Shown here in pieces: positions 12,698-26,751 of a stretch of 64,000 bases of DNA; positions within the stretch are counted from its first letter, which is position 1, and each line of letters opens with the position of its first letter. The stretch covers positions 192,982,948 through 193,046,947 of the forward strand of contig NC_052154.1 of assembly GCF_902713615.1 (NCBI RefSeq), given 5' to 3'. Source of the DNA: Scyliorhinus canicula (lineage: Eukaryota). The notes under the pieces are model-generated. The model was given only the letters and a program-made list of their open reading frames with translations, was not told the DNA's origin and searched no databases. The translations under genes were made by a program, and so were the position numbers.

Positions 12698-13399
12698 GGT
12701 TTTCCACTTAGATGATATTTAATACTGACACCAAACAACGTTGATCTTTGCAGATGTAAACAGCCACAGTCAGGTAGATTTTAAAGTCTCACAGCCTTGC
12801 ATGATCCTGATCTTGAAGGGGTCTCTTTCAGGTTTCCCACTCAAGGCAGTTATTGAAGCATTTCTAGGATTGCCAAAAGTTTCTGGATCACAATCTACAA
12901 AGCCCTGGGGGATTTACTGAGTTCAATGCTTTGGTCAGATTGATGAATGCAGCAAAGAGTTCCTCCTGATATTCTTTTTTTTAAATAAATTTAGATTACC
13001 CAATTATTTTTTCCAATTAAGGGACAATTTAGCGTGGCCAATCTACCTACTCTGCACATTTTTGGGTTGTGGGGGTGAAACCCACGCAGACACGGGGAGA
13101 ATGCGCAAACTCCACACGGACAGTGGCCCAGAGCCGGGATCGAACCTGGGACCTCAGCGCCGTGAGGCAGCTGTGCTAACCACTAGGCCACCGTGCTGCC
13201 CTCCTCCTGATAGTCTTGACATTTTTCTTGACTTGTTGGCAGTTTCTCTGGAAGCCACACTGCGTTTCTGGAAGGATTTCCTCAGCCACAGGAAGTAGGC
13301 AATTCTGGAAAAAGCATGTCAGAATTTTTCCCGAACAAGAGGGACTTCAATAGTTCCCACGGCATGAATTATTCGCGTTCCTGAAGATAGTTACAACTG

Positions 13400-14575
13400 T
13401 CTCAGAGTGGGTTAGGATGGAGGTGGAATCTTGTGAGGGGTCTAGTTTGAGGGCTATGGTGACGGCAGCATTGCCAAAGGCTCCGAGTAGGTATTCAGGG
13501 AGCCCAGTGGTGCAGTCCACGGTGAAGATATGGAATCAGCTGAGGAGGATTTCAGGATGGGAGGGATGTCGGTGCTAACGCCGATGTGTGTGAATCATGG
13601 GTTTGAGCCGGGGGGGATGGATAGTGTATACAGGAGGTGGAGGGAAGTGGGGCTGGTCAAGGTGAGGGATTTGTATTTGAAGGAAGGGTTCGCCAGTCTG
13701 GAGGAGCTAAGGGAGAGGGTAGAGCTGCCGAGGGGGAGTGAGTTCAGGTATCTGCAGGTTAGGGACTTTGCACGAAAGATCTGGAGGGGGTTCCCTCGGT
13801 TGCCAGGAAACACTCTGCTGGAGCGACTGCTGCTTCCGGATGTGGAAAGGGAGGGAAGAATTAGGGATATATATAATTGGCTGGGGAAGCAGGGAGGTGA
13901 GCGGGTGGTGAAGATCAAGCAGAAATGGGAAGAGGAGTTGGAAATGGAGATCAATTGGGGATTATGGAGTGAGGCACTGCGAAGGGTAAATGGGACCTCC
14001 TCTTGTGCAAGGATGAGCCTGATACAGTCGAAGGTGGTGCACAGGGTACAAATGACTCAGGGGGTAGCAGATGAGTGAGAGAGGTCTGGGCGGGGGCCAG
14101 TGAAACACACGGACATGTTTTGGGGTTGCGGAAAATTGGCAAGATTCTGGGTGGGAGTGTTGACGGTCTTAGCCAGGATAGTGGAGGAGGAGGTGGACCC
14201 GCACCCCTTGGTGGCGATATTTGGGGTTTCAGAGAAGCCGGAGCTCATGGAGAGGAGGAAGGCCGATGTTGTGGCCTTCGATTCTCTGATTGCACGGCGG
14301 CGAATTTTGCTGGAGTGGCGGTCGGCAAAGCCACCGGGGGTAACGGCTTGGTTGGGTGACCTGTACTACGGTTAGAAAAGATAAAGTATGAGTTAAGGGG
14401 CTCAGCAGGGGAGTTTGAGAAAAGGTGGGGGATGTTTGTGACCATGTTTGAGGGGCTATTCGTCACAGGAGGGTGGGTGATGGGGAGGGGGGGGGGGTGA
14501 TAAAGGGGAGCAATCTGTACAGATTGTTGGGAAGTATGTTTCCCGGGGTGTTTACTTGCTGTAACTTGCTAAAGT
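13400..14575 (+). mobile_element. L1-like LINE ORF2 3' fragment
   Basis: CARMSLIQSKVVHRV and SLIARRRILLEWRS motifs, frameshifted. Confidence 0.82.
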
Positions 14576-16190
14576 TGTGGTGAGTGGAGTTTTTTTTACC
14601 ACTGCATGTTAGCACAGTGGTTTGCATTGTTGTTTCACAGCTCCAGGGTCCCAGGTTTGATTCCTGGCTTGGGTCACTGTCTGCGTGGGCTTCCTCCAGG
14701 TGCTCCGGTTTCCTCCCACAGTCCAAAGATGTGCAGGTTAGGAGGATTGGCCATGATAAATTGCCCTTAAGTGTCCAAAAAAAAGGTTAGGTGGGGTTAC
14801 GGGGAAAGGGTGGAAGTGTGGGGATAGGGTGGAGACGTAGGCTTGGGTAGGGAGCTCTTTCTAAGGGCCGGTGCAGGCTCGATGGACCGAATGGCCTCCT
14901 TCTGCACTGTAAATTCTATGACTATGACCAATCATTTCCAAAGGGTTGTTTTCCTCAAGACATGTACAGTGAGTGCAGCCCCCTAACGTCAACCATCCAT
15001 TTAGAGGTGTTCAAAACATGGCTGGGTTTCCACCTCCCCACTGGGGAGAAACGCATGGTTCACACCTGCATCTTTTCACCATTACATTTGGGAACTCATG
15101 GATACCAATCTCCATCCTGTCATTGCACAGCACAGTAACCCTCAGCCTGTGTCAATTATAAACCCCACGCTTCAAATTGTTCTCAACCAAAATGATATTT
15201 AATGTAAAGACAGAATAGGAAAAGGACTCACTGGTCCATCTACTTGGTCTCACAAGAGTTGTGATAGCTTGCACGTCGGGATAAAGACACACCTTACCCA
15301 TCATCAACCAACTAATCTCCTTGGCAAGGCAAAAAATTTTTTTTTTTTTTTTAAATCCAGGCCAGTTCCGGGGGCGCAATCTGGAAAATTCCTCTCTGTG
15401 ACTGCTCCAGGTGATTTGAGCTATTCTAGATTATACTGACCCAGATTTTTAGTCAAGGGTACCTACCTCCTGTTCTCATCTCCACCCCAGCCAGGAAAGA
15501 TCCAACTCTCTCACAGGCTTCACCTCTGATCCCTGCACCGTCCAAATCCACAACCAGTACCTTCTACAAGGGCACGGGGAGCACACACATGGAAACAGTA
15601 CCCCCCTGGAACTCCCCTCCAAGCTTCTCACCATCCTGATTTGGAAATATATCGGCTGTCCCTTCACTGTCACTGGGTCAAAATCATGGAACTCGCTCCC
15701 CAAAGCACTGTGGGTGTACCTAAACCACATGGACAGCAACGGCTCAAGAAGGCAGCTCACCACCTCCTTCCCCAGGAGAACTAGGGCTGGGCAATTAATC
15801 CTGGCCAGCCCACATCACTTGAATGAATAAAGAAAAATCCTGCCCAAGTGCATTAATAAGATACTTTTTGAAGATAAACATAATCTTCCAAATGTAGGAC
15901 CATTCCCCCCAGCACACACACGGTGGTATCATTTACAAATTACTCTCTCTCCTCCCCCCGCCTCATCAGCAGCTAGGTTACTAATGAAAGTGAGAAATAC
16001 AAATGGTCCCAACATTGATCCTTGAGGGACACTCCTCAAGGAAAATCCAAATCCATTGATAACTGTCCACCAATTCTTAAACGACTGCAGCAGATTGCCA
16101 CTAATACCACAAGATTCGATCTTGCAGAGCGGCATCTTATGAGGTGCTTAATCACAAGTGGTTTGGAAGTCCAGACGGGGAGAATCTTAC

Positions 16191-16835
16191 CTGAGGGAAA
16201 TCGTCTATGTTTCTGAAGGGAGGAGGAGTCCACAAATGTTTTCTTGCAATCATCACATTTGTACGGCTTGTCTCCAGTGTGGCGACGGAGATGTATTTTT
16301 AGGTGCGTACTCCGATGAAATGCTTTCGCACAAAAAGTACAAGCATAAGGACGCTCACCTGTGTGAGTTCGAAGATGGTCATTTAGGTTGGACTTCTCTG
16401 CAAAACCTCTGCCGCATTCATTACACACGTATGGCTTCTCTCCGGTGTGAGTGCGTCTGTGCATTGTCAACTGTGCTTGGCTCAAAAATCTCCTCCCACA
16501 ATATTCACATTTAAAGCAATTCCTTCCGACAGAAATAACGTCATTGCTTGAAGATGCAACCTCTTTAAACGTCTTGGCGTTGTTGAAAGGTCTCGAAGAG
16601 GAGTTGGCTTTGTCATCAGTTTTATTGTTAATGCAATTCATTGGAGAATGAGAAGTGTTAGTTCTTCGTTCTTCTAATGGGCAGTCATTCAACAAAGTAC
16701 CACCCCAGAAAATGTCTGCTGCGAAGCTATGGTCATAATCACCACGTTTTGTGACATCCGGAGGGAAATGGTAGCTTGAATCCCCAAAGCACGTTGCTTC
16801 AGTACGATTTACGCCAGGAAGTGCAAAAATTGGGC
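16191..16835 (-). CDS. Zinc-finger exon C (645 nt, phase 1-1), older paralog of exons A/B
   Basis: [67 protein letters not shown]. Acceptor taaattaatatag, donor TCAG|gtaaga. Confidence 0.88.
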
Positions 16836-18659
16836 CTATATTAATTTAAAACACACAAGGCTTTGATGCAATTTGAAAGCTGAAAACAAACACATACAAT
16901 GCAAACGTATTCCCACAAGGACAGTTTGGCAGGTATATAGGTTTACCTCAGTCCAGTGAGATCACTGGAACCAAAGGCAAAAGGTTGAGTGTTCCAGACT
17001 AACTCAGAAACTGTGTGCATATAATCCAAACTAAAACATCAGTAACAATACCCAAAGACTGCATGGTCAGAGTTGCCATCTTTTCTGATCGAGTCTTAAC
17101 CCAAGACCACATTCGACTGACAAATGGAAAGGAAGCCATTGTACAATTCACAGAAGAGCAGAGATTCTCTGGGCGGCTTTGCAAACATTTATTACTCAAC
17201 CAACACCATTAAAACACAACCTAGTCATTTTATAGGATCCAGATTGGCTGGCACACTTGAATAATGACAACAGTGACTTCAGAAGTACTTAATTGGCTGT
17301 GATGTGTTTGGGGACATTCCAAAAACTGGAAACCTGCTTTATAAACAAACATATGTCTTCCTTCATGTTGTCTTTGGTGGGGAAATAATTGATTAAAGGA
17401 AAAATCCAGAATTCAAGTGCTTTTAGTTGTGTGTGAATGATTGAGTCCCCATTTTATATTTTATACATGTTCAGCAAGGTGGTCTCCACCCCAGAGGTGT
17501 GAAATGCCTTCAAATATATCTGTAGGATAACATTGTAATTTAAATGCAATCTGTTCTTGAAACCATTAAGAAAATACAATTACTTTATTACATTGGAATT
17601 TGTAGCTCCACGAGACATGAACTTTGTAGTGATGCTACGGCATGGTCGTTGGTGAATTCATTGTTGTTACAACTTGCATAACTGTCAAACAGCATGAAAC
17701 AAAACTAATGTTTTGTGTTTATGAAGAAAGGTGTCTTCAGAGAAATTGGACTGAGATAGAAGGAAGTTGCTGTGTGATGTGTTGCCGTTCAGTGTTTACA
17801 ACTGGTGTGAGGAAAGGTAGCTTAGTGTCACTGTCAGATACCAAACTGCACACAATATGTGATACACTCAATGGTGCATATGGTGCACTCAATGATTTTG
17901 GAGTTCAAATTAAATTGTCCCATGTAATCTGTCGCATGGTAGCACAGTGGTTAACACTGCTGCCTCACAACGCCAGGGACCCGGGTTCAATTCCGGCCTT
18001 GGGTGATCGTCTGTGTGGAGTCTGAACTTTCTCCCAGCATCTGCATGGGTTTCCTCCGGGTGCTCCGGTTTCCTCCCACAGTCCAAAGATGTGCAGGTCA
18101 GGTTGGCTGGCCATTCTAAGTTGCCCCTTAGTGTCCAACGGTTAGGTGGGGTTACTGGGTTACAGGGATAGGGCAGGCAGTGGACCGAGGTAGGGTGCTC
18201 TTTTAGAGGGTTAGTGTAGACTCGATGAGCCAAATGGCCTCCTTCAGCACTGTAGGGATTCTAAGAATACACAGTTGAAATTTGTGTAAAATATGTATCT
18301 TTGTGGTAGAGCCCCTCCAGCAGTGCAATGGGTTGTATTTAATCTGAGTGGTTTAGTGGAGGAAGAACTTCTTTTGAAATGACTCCCAAACTTTCGGTTT
18401 CACAAATGTTGCTCAGATGTCCCAAAATAGAAATTTAATTTTATCCAATCAATAGCCACACCTCTTAGCTCTATATTAACTGTAAACTGCCTTGCAATGT
18501 CCTGAAGTCATGAAAGTTGCGATAACAATTGAGATATATACTCAGCATTGTTGGCATTATTTTTGTTGGGACGCTGGTGTAGCGGTAATTTGTTGGGACT
18601 AAAGTTCAAGCACCGACAACAGGTAGAATTTAAATCCAATGAATGAATAAACCTGCACT

Positions 18660-20600
18660 TTGTTGAGTTTGGTGGTGGTGGCCACGTTGAAGATTTGGAG
18701 GCAGTTTAGGCAGTATTTTAAGCTGGGGGGCCAGGTCAGGGAGAATGCCAATTAGGGGGAATCATGGATTCGAGCCGGGGAGGATGGACGCAAAGTTTTG
18801 GAGGTGCAAAGAGGCGGATTAAGGAAATGATGGATTTGTTCCTTGTGGGAGAGAAGCATGGTTTGACGCAGGGGGAAGGGTTTAGGTACATTCAGGGTTC
18901 GGGGCTTTACAAGGAAGGTTTCCCCGAGCATCCCGATAGCGCCAGCGTCCTTGTTGCTGGAAGCGGTGCTTTCAGCGGGGGGGGGTGGGGTTGTGTTGTT
19001 TCGTCGATTTACGGGAGGATCCTGGAGGATAGGGTGTCCATGGAGGGGATTAGGGCAAAGTGGGAGGAGGAGTCGAGGGTGGGGGGAGGGGCACTGGAAG
19101 AGTGGCTGTGGTGTGAGATGCTGCAGAGGGTGACTGCCTCGACCTCGTGTGCGAGGTTGGGGCTAATACAGCTGAAGGTAGAGTATGAGGCACACCTCAC
19201 AGAGTCAAGGATGAACTGCTGTTCAAGGGGGTGGAGGATGTCTGTGAGCGACATGCGAGGGGCCCTGCGAACCATGTTCATATGTTTTAGTCCTGCCCGA
19301 AGCTGGAAAGGTTTTGGAGGACGGTGTTCAGCACAATCTCAGGGGTCTTGCATATGGCCCGTTTCCCTAGAAGCCATATTCAGGGTGTCGGACCGGCCGG
19401 AACTGCAGGCTGGAGCGGGGGCAGATGTTTTAACCTTCGCCTCGCTAATTGCCGGGGAGGATGGATGTGAAGTTTCGGAGGTGCAACGAGACAGAATACA
19501 GGAATGAGATAGAGAATCTGGTGAACTGGTGCAACGACAATAATCTCTCACTCAATGTCAACAAAACAAAGGAGATTGTCATCGACTTCAGGAAGCGTAG
19601 TGGAGAACATGCCCCTGTCTACATCAATGGGAACGAAGTAGAAAGGATCGAGAGCTTCAAGTTTTTAGGTGTACAGATCACCAACAACCTGTCCTGGTCC
19701 CCCCATGCCGACACTATAGTTAAGAAAGCCCACCAACTACTCTACTTTCTCAGAAGAGTAAGGAAATTTGGCATGTCAGCTACGACTCTCGCCAACTTCT
19801 ACAGATGCACCATGGAAAGCATTCTTTCTGGTTGTATCACAGCTTGGTATGGATCCTGCTCTGCCCAAGACCACAGGAAACTACAAAAGGTTGTGAATGT
19901 AGCCCAGTCCATCACGCAAACCAGCCTCCCATCCATTGACTCGATCTATAACTCCCGCTGCCTCAGAGAGGCAGCCAGCATCATTAAGGACCCCGCGCAC
20001 CCCGGACATACTCTCTTCCACCTTCTTCCGTCAGGAAAAAGATACAAAAGTTTGAGGTCACGTACCAACTGACTCAAGAACAGCTTCTTCCCCACTGCCA
20101 TCAGACTTTTGAATGGACCTACCTCGTATAAAGTTGATCTTTTCTCTACTCCTTACTATAATTGTAACATTATATTCTGCAGTCTCTCCTTCCTTCCCTC
20201 TGTACGGTATGCGTTGTCTGGACAGCATGCAAGAAACAATACTTTTCACTGGATACTAATACATGTGACAATAATAAATCAAATCAAATTAAATCAATTG
20301 CTCGTTGGCGGGTCTTGTTGGGTTTGAGGTCAGCTTCTCCACCCTGTGCCTCGGCATGGCGGGGGGACCTGCTGGAATGTCTGACCCTGGAGAAGATGAA
20401 GTTGGAACTGAGGGGGGCGAAGGAGGGGTTCTACAATTGTTGGAGTTTGTTCATCATGTACTTTCGGTGGGGGGGAGGAGACGAAGGGGGTTGTGGGTGT
20501 GTCTGGGTTTGGGTGGGATTGTTTTTTATACTGTTGTTTTCCTGTTCTTCTTGTTTTTCGTTTGTAAATATGTAAATATGGTGAAAATATGTAGAAATTC
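18660..20600 (+). mobile_element. Degraded L1-like ORF2 3' fragment, split by a Rex1-like insertion
   Basis: CARLGLIQLKV and FASLIA before 19452; resumes ~20297 with LEKMKLELRG. Confidence 0.75.
19458..20295 (+). mobile_element. Rex1/Babar-clade LINE 3' end
   Basis: NWCNDNNLSLNVNKTKEIVIDFRK, FKFLGVQI, FYRCTMESILSGCITAWYG; (AATCA)n tail; aattgc on both sides. Confidence 0.85.
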
Positions 20601-21064
20601 ATAAATCTGAATTGCAACGGTGGTCTCAATAACGGAGACCATGAAACTACCAGACAGACAGGAAAAACCCATCTGGTTCACTAATGTCCTTTCGGGAAGG
20701 AAATCTGCCATCCTTACCCGGTCTGGTCTGTGTGTGACTCCGGACCCACAGCAATGTGGTAATCCTTACATAGCCTCTAAAATGGCCAGTAAACTGCTGA
20801 GTTGTATCAAACCACTTTGGAAAAGTTAAGGAAAAAACTCTTGCCCATGCCATCATTTTTCATCCTTTTCCGATTTCAACTATTTGTCCCCAGCTTCACA
20901 CCGAATGTATTCCAGAACATTTTTAGGATCAGCTCCTCTGGCTACTGTCTATAGGATTGGATTCATTGAACATTGTGTGGTTACCTCTGTACTGCCTTTG
21001 TTTTCCATGTTACTTCCTCAGGTAAACTGCAAATCATCGGTGCCATTTGTATGACAATTCTTAC

Positions 21065-21130
21065 CTTGCTCGGTCATTGGTGCTATTGGGTGCACTGCTG
21101 CTGAATCTATCTGGTCAGTTTTGCTGCAAG
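21065..21130 (-). CDS. PRDM-like linker exon 3 (66 nt, phase 1-1)
   Basis: Acceptor ttttattgttctcttag, donor CAAG|gtaaga. Open frame CSKTDQIDSAAVHPIAPMTEQ; starts like linker 2 (A-C-x-K). Confidence 0.6.
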
Positions 21131-22519
21131 CTAAGAGAACAATAAAAGCAAGTGAAGGATTAAAAGCGACGATCATAGCTGTCTAAGCACGTTATCAACA
21201 AAGTTCTATTCCTGTTAAACTCAGCTATCAGTTTGGTGAGCTGCATAGGATGATGCAAATACTTAGAACATAGAACAGTACAGCACAGAACAAGCCCTTC
21301 GGCCCTCGATGTTGTGCCGAGCAATGATCACCCTAACGCATCCACCCTATGCCCCCCCCCCCCTCCCTCCCATTAACCTTATATTTTTAGGACACTAAGG
21401 GCAATTTAGCATGGCCAATCCACCTAACCCGCACATCTTTGGGCTGTGGGAGGAAACCGGAGCACCCGGAGGAAACCCACGCACACACGGGGAGGACGTG
21501 CAGACTCCGCACAGACAGTGACCCAGCCGGGAATCGAACGTGGGACCCTGGAGCTGTGAAGCATTTATGCTAACCACCATGCTACCATGCTGCCCACTTC
21601 AACACACCTAAACAACCTCATACCCTGGAGTGAGAAAGCATAATTAGCTTTAATCGGAATATCACTCAAAACGTTCACCTCATTAAAACAGGGGCCACGC
21701 TTCAAATCTACTTCCTTGCCTTTATTACACTTTCTGATATTCCGAAAGGGTGAAAAAGGTTATGTAAATGCAAATCTTTACTTTACAGTAATCTCAGCCC
21801 ACGGCCGATATTTGCAGAGCCTGTGAGAGTCCAGGACGAACTTATCATCGAGGATGGGAATTGTAACCAATGGCTTGTACCATTCAGAGGAATGGCATGG
21901 TCCTGGGCAGACAGCCTCTGTTTTCAATCATCAATGCCAGTTTTTTTGGAGGATCCTGGACAGCTGAAGAGAAATATAATCCGACAGGACTAAAGGCTCA
22001 GCCTTGGTTTCAATTTTTGGCCATTTTATTTACTGGGCGTGGCAGGAGCGTGGTTATTACACTAGCAAAGCCTGGATTAAATGGCAGGCAGAGGATAGGC
22101 TCTTCCTGGCAGTGGTTCCCGAGCAACGCACTATTTAGAATGGGACCGTGATGAAAAGTTACATTCAGATGGGTGTCTGTGAAATTGAAGTCAATGTGGC
22201 CTTCACAAAAAAGAGAGAAACATCCACATTATTGCCAAAAACACAATGCTGGCGAATGTCCATCCGGGAAAGGACCCTACTTACCCCTCCCAGTCTGACC
22301 TACGTGGTTGATCCAAAATGCTTCCAAATGGATTTGGGAAATAACGTTCAGCACTGCAGCACCACCACGACTGTAAAGTCGATAGAAATGGACATTAAAT
22401 GGACATGAACCTTCAGACAACAAATTGTCCAGCTATCGCTGCAAACAGATTATGACTGCCAGAGGTGGCTCCCTGATCTAGGTGTCTGCCTCAGTGATCG
22501 ATGAGCATGGACTCATCAG

Positions 22520-22704
22520 GAGTCAAAAGTACCCTCGCCCCCACCAGCTTTCCAAACATCTGGACACATAGTCCGTGGAGTTGGAGCCTTCCAGGGACTC
22601 GGGCAGCCTGAAGATCCTCAAGTTTTGCCATCTGGAGCGGTTCTTCAGATCGTCTACCTTGGCCTTTAATACCTTCCGCTCCACCACCATCATCTCTGCC
22701 TCCA
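22520..22704 (-). mobile_element. L1-like ORF1 fragment
   Basis: DDLKNRSRWQNLRIFRLPESLEG. Confidence 0.65.
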
Positions 22705-23450
22705 GTGGGTGGGAGGGTGAGCTGTGAGGAGGATGCAGAGATGCTTCAATGTGATTTGGACAAGTTGAGTGAGAGGGCAAATGCATGGCAGATGCAGTAT
22801 GATTTGGATAGATGTGAGGTTAGCCACTTTGGTAGCAAAAACAGGAAGGCAGACTATTATCTGAATGGCTATAAATTAAGAGAGGGAAATGTGCAATGAG
22901 ACCTGGGTGTCCTCGTAGACCAGTTACTGAAGGTAAGCATTCAGGTGCAAACAGGACTAGACAGGGTAGATGCAGGAAGGATGTTCACAATGGTGGTATT
23001 GGAACCAACAATTCTACAGACACGCGCTTGTAGGATTAGAATAGCGGTTTTAATATACTCACAACAGAGCCAGCCTATTAGCCATTGAACTTTCGGTGAA
23101 CTGGCCGGCTGACCCTGTGGCACTGATCTTTTATACAGCAGCTTCCGGGGGAGGAGTCCTGGGCAGAGCCAAGGGAGAAGCCCCGTACAACTCAAGCATT
23201 CCCAGAGCTACTCCCCCTGGAGGACAGGTAGTGCAACTGCACTTACAATACAGACACATGTATGTACAGATTATAATCCGGTGTGAATCACATTCACCAC
23301 AGGTGGAAATGTCCAGAACAGGGAATCATAATCAAAGGACACGGGGTAACCCTTTTAGGGGTGAATTAAGGAGAGATTTCTTTACCTAGAGTGGTAAGCC
23401 TGTGGAATTCACTACCACAGGAAGCAGTTGAGGCCAAAACATTGTATGTT
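22705..23450 (+). mobile_element. Degraded CR1/HER1 fragments interrupted by a solo LTR
   Basis: LQCDLDKLSE..WQMQY and RRDFFT motifs. Confidence 0.7.
22997..23301 (-). mobile_element. Putative solo LTR (305 bp)
   Basis: Flanked by 5-bp direct repeat GGTGG (22992-22996, 23302-23306). Minus strand starts TGTGG and ends ...CAATA (CA mutated); has TATAAAA then ATTAAA in LTR order. Host CR1 reads through when it is removed. Confidence 0.65.
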
Positions 23451-23454
23451 TTCT

Positions 23455-25295
23455 ATTTTTTTAATAAAGTGTATTTTATTCCAAACATGTGTAAAAAACA
23501 ATAACATGTACAACAACTCACTCCACAACCTCACAGTCCACGGTTTGCACAATTTTTCCCCTTTTTACCCCTTCCCATCCCCCACAATGAACAATTCCTC
23601 AAACATTGTCATAAACAGCCCCCACCGTGCCGCGAAGCCCTCCGCCGAACTCCTCAACTCCAATTTGATCTTTTCCAACCGAAGAAAGTCATGCAGGTCT
23701 CCCAGCCAGCCCCCTACCTCCGGCAGCGTATCCAACCTCCAATTGAGCAAGGTCCTCCACCAGGCAACTAGAGAGGCGAGGTCATGACATCGGCCTCCTT
23801 CCCCTCCAGCAGCTCTGGCATTTCCGAGACCCCAAAGATCACCACCATAGGGTCCACCCTCACCTCCACTCCCAGTAACTCTCCAGCTTCTTGCAACCCC
23901 AAAACACGCACATAAGAACATAAGAACTAGGAGCAGGAGTAGGCCATCTGGCCCCTCGAGCCTGCTCCGCCATTCAATTAGATCATGGCTGATCTTTTGT
24001 GGACTCAGCTCCACTTTCCGGCCCGAACACCATAACCCTTAATCCCTTTATTCTTCAAAAAACTATCTATCTTTACCTTAAAAACATGTAATGAAGGAGC
24101 CTCAACTGCTTCACTGGGCAAGGAATTCCATAGATTCACAACCCTTTGGGTGAAGAAGTTCCTCCTAAACTCAGTCCTAAATCTACTTCCCCTTATTTTG
24201 AGGCTATGTCCCCTAGTTCTGCTTTCACCCGCCAGTGGAAACAACCTGCCCGCATCTATCCTATCTATTCCCTTCATAATTTTAAATGTTTCTATAAGAT
24301 CCCCCCTCATCCTTCTAAATTCCAACGAGTACAGTCCCAGTCTACTCAATCTCTCCTCATAATCCAACCCATTCAGCTCTGGGATTAACCTAGTGAATCT
24401 CCTCTGCACACCCTCCAGTGCCAGTACGTCCGTTTTCAGGTAAGGAGACCAAAACTGAACACAATACTCCAGGTGTGGCCTCACTAACACCTTATATAAT
24501 TGCAACATAACCTCCCTAGTCTTAAACTCCATCCCTCTAGCAATGAAGGACAAAATTCCATTTGCCTTCTTAATCACCTGTTGCACCTGTAAACCAACCT
24601 TCTGTGACTCATGCACTAGCACACCCAAGTCTCTCTGCATGATTCACGACCCTCGCCCACGCTTCTCACACACCCCTTGGAAGAACCCACTCACCCTTGC
24701 CCGGGTCATATGTACCCTGTGCACCACCTTGAACTGAATCAAGCTCTTCTTCATCTAAGAGGAAGTTGAATTCACCCTATGCATCACCTCTCACCACAGT
24801 TCCCCCTCCAATTCCTCCCATTTGATCTTCACCATTTGCACCCCCCTCCGCTCCCCAAACCACCCCGTTCCCCCAACCACCTACATATGTCCCCAATCCT
24901 ACCCTCTCCTGACTCATCCGGGAGCAGCAGTTGCTCCAATAGTGTGTACTCTGGCAACCTGGGAAACATCCTTTGCTCCTTCCCTGCAAAGTCCCTCCCC
25001 CGCATGTACCTAAATTCACTCCCCCTCGGCAACTCAAACCTCTCCCAGACCAACAAACTGCCCTTCCAGATACAAGTCCCTCACCTTCACCAGCCGCACC
25101 TTGCTCCACTTCCCGTCCATCCCATCCATCTCCCCGACTTAAACCTGTGGTTCCCACACAGCAGTGTCAACATCGACATCCCCTCCAACTTAAAGTGCCT
25201 CCTCAGCTGATTCCACACCCTGACCTTTGACAGTATCATCGGGCTCCCTGTATACTTCCCCGGAGCTAGTGGCAGTGGAGCCAGCAAAACATTGT
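23455..25295 (-). mobile_element. L1-like ORF2 3' fragment, split by a CR1 insertion
   Basis: LEKIKLELRSS and ELPRGSEFRY motifs on either side of 23911-24640. Confidence 0.75.
23911..24640 (-). mobile_element. Young CR1/HER1 3' end
   Basis: Uninterrupted 211-aa RT C-terminal ORF (LVRPHLEYCVQFWSP, RRNFFTQRVVNLWNSLP); (TTCTTATG)n tail. Confidence 0.92.
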
Positions 25296-26751
25296 GTTTT
25301 CTCAAGAGGAAATCAAGAAGGAGGCCATTTGGCCCATCGAGTCTGCACTGGCCCCGAGGAAAGAGCACCCAACTAAAGCCCATGCCTCCACCCTACCCCA
25401 TAACCCAGCAATCCCACCCAACAAAATATGAACGAATGAGATATGACCTTAGGGAGAAGGGGTTCAAAGGAAGGGGGGGTCGGATCAGGCTATTGAGTTG
25501 GATGATGCCGTGATTATAATGCATCACATACTCTTGCTCCTATTTCCTATGTTTCTATGAGAGTTAAAGGAGTGTGCACTGGAAAAGTGGAGCAGAAACT
25601 TTATTTAAAAGTGTTCTTTGGAAAACCTGGTCTGGACTTATGAATGCAAAATGCTGAGGGAAAATATAATTATGAGAGTAGATTTTAAAGAGTGTTTTTT
25701 GTGAGTGGAGTTTGGAAACCCTCACATGTCAATCATCTGGGGAGATTCGGAGGAGACATCCACAAAAATTCACTTGAGGTGCAGAGTGGAGAGTGTATTT
25801 GCCCACAGTCATCGTGTGTGCTTAAAAGGGACTCTGTAAGGTGGCACAGTGGTTAGCACTGCTGCCTCACAGCACCACGGTCCCAGGTACGATCCCGGCT
25901 CTGGGTCACTGTCCGTGTGGAGTTTGCACATTCTCCCCGTGTCTGCGTGGGTCTCTCCCCCACAACCCAGAGATGTGCAGGGTAGGTGGATTGGCCACAC
26001 TAAATTGCCCCTTAATTGGAAAAATATTTAAAAGGGACACTGTGTTAATGAGACCATTGTAGATTAAGATGCACTTTGTAATCAGTGTTAAACCTAAAAC
26101 CAGCGTGTAATTTTAAAAGTAACCAAATGTTTGTGAGAACTGATTAACATTCCTGTGACTCTGTCCCTCCACGGTCTATTAAAAATAAATAAAAGTTACG
26201 GTCTTTTGAGCCAGAGTTCCAATCTGGGATATTCCCATCCAGTCATAACATCAATTGGGATCACAACAAAAGCTTGATACTTAGTTAGAGAATATAATTT
26301 ACTTCCTCATCGAGCTGAATGTGAACAATACTTTCAAAGTTATATATAATGTAACCTTTATTCGTGTCACAAGTAGGTTTACATTAACACTGCACTGAAG
26401 TTACTGCGAAAATCCCCGAGTAGCCACACTCTGGTGCCTGTTTGGGTACACGGAGGGAGAATTCAGAATGTCCAAATTACCTAATAGCACATCTTTCGGG
26501 AGTTGTGGGAGGAACGGAGGAAACCCACACAGACACGGGCAGACTCCGCACATAGTGACCCGAACCGGGAATCGAACCGGGTCCCTGGCGCTGTGAAGCA
26601 ACAGTGCTAACCGCTGTGCTACCGTGCCATCCACTCAATGCGTGGATTCCTTCAAAAAGTAAAACTAGAAGCATCCACGATGAAAGTCTGTGCAAAAGAT
26701 TGTTTTCTTCGCTGAACTGAAGACTATTCCCAAGTCCTGGTCACTTAGGTT

